From Nemertoderma westbladi (taxonomy: Eukaryota; Animalia; Xenacoelomorpha), in NCBI GenBank assembly GCA_032718475.1, contig JAUCBJ010000201.1:1-38535 (forward strand): a DNA stretch of 38,535 nucleotides. Reading direction: 5' to 3'. Both the position numbers and the translations under genes were made by a program. Positions 37,611 to 38,535 of this stretch are shown here, one piece after another (the stretch's first letter is position 1; each line of letters begins with the position of its first letter). Below the pieces are notes generated by a model that did no database searches, was not told the DNA's origin, and was given only the letters and a program-made list of their open reading frames with translations.

Positions 37611-38535
37611 ACCTGAAAGGTACCACTACATCGGTATTAAGAAGAAACTTAAAGGAATCAGGATAATTTAAAGAAATAAGAAACTTCGAACAATATTTAA
37701 AATTCCAATTTAATTATATTTCCCTGTATATTTCCTTATATAACTGGGATTGCATAATTCTTCACATTGGATTTTGAACTGACAGTCCTGATTCTGTCAA
37801 GGACCCCGCAATAGACTAATATAACATGTATCGCCATACAAAACGTCAGGAATTAATAAACCCGATGTTTAAGGGGCCTATACAATTAAAATGATAAAAG
37901 CTAGGCAGTCAGGCTGCCATCATTGAAAACACATAATCCGGGCCTTACGGGGGGAAAATAGTCGCGACATACAATAAATCTACTAGAAGGAGAAATAGAA
38001 GCGACTAAACCGATTATAGAGGATTAGTTGAGGCACCGAAGGTAAAGAGATCTGATCAAAAAGAATCTGATATTGAGGCCGCTTGACAATGAGAAGCTCT
38101 AAGCTTTATACAGGACAATGGGAGGAAAATGGGAAGACGGAAAACTCCAGAATTCTAAAGAAATTGACGGAAAGCTAAACCATTATCATAATCTAATTGG
38201 ATTGGCTAAAACTGGTTTAGTCATATAAGAGTGGGTTGGGTATTAATTCTACCATAATTAAATTGATGAGAATAACCTGTAACACTTATTATTACTGGTT
38301 TATTGCCCCCCCCCCCCTCCCCCCCCCCAGACAAAAGTATTTTATGTTAATAATTACACAATGTTTGTTATGTTAAAATACAGTATAAAATATATTCAAT
38401 AATATTTCCCCACGTCAAGTCAAGTGTTCATCGATATTAATAACAGGTAAATTACAGAGTCGGAGTCAATGGCTTCTATATGTCCTCCTCAATTTATCGA
38501 TTAGAAATGTTATTGAGTTTATTGTTTTCCTTAAA

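Noticed and set aside
37790-38200. Possible decayed LINE 3' region on the + strand
   Set aside because: Purine-rich and coding-like, but too many stops and no diagnostic motif.

Overview
AT-rich animal (probably marine invertebrate) nuclear DNA, not prokaryotic. The ORF track misses the organising feature: two minus-strand exons (23473-23610 and 7240-7442) that splice in phase to give the C-terminal half of ARMC1. The 16-kb intron between them holds three nested intronless genes: a B-box/coiled-coil TRIM-like gene with an in-frame TGA, a galactose-3-O-sulfotransferase and NDUFB8. The next intron upstream holds a ~13.7-kb satellite whose 39-bp monomer is the 3' splice site plus the first 18 nt of the ARMC1 exon, so roughly 330 copies of the acceptor are stacked in front of the real one. 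The rest is transposon debris: a probable LTR-element 3' end, a dead RTE-like LINE, tRNA-derived SINEs, Helentron-like repeats with CTCF-like motifs, and MULE-, Harbinger- and pogo-type MITEs. Protein family calls come from recalled motifs, not from database searches.
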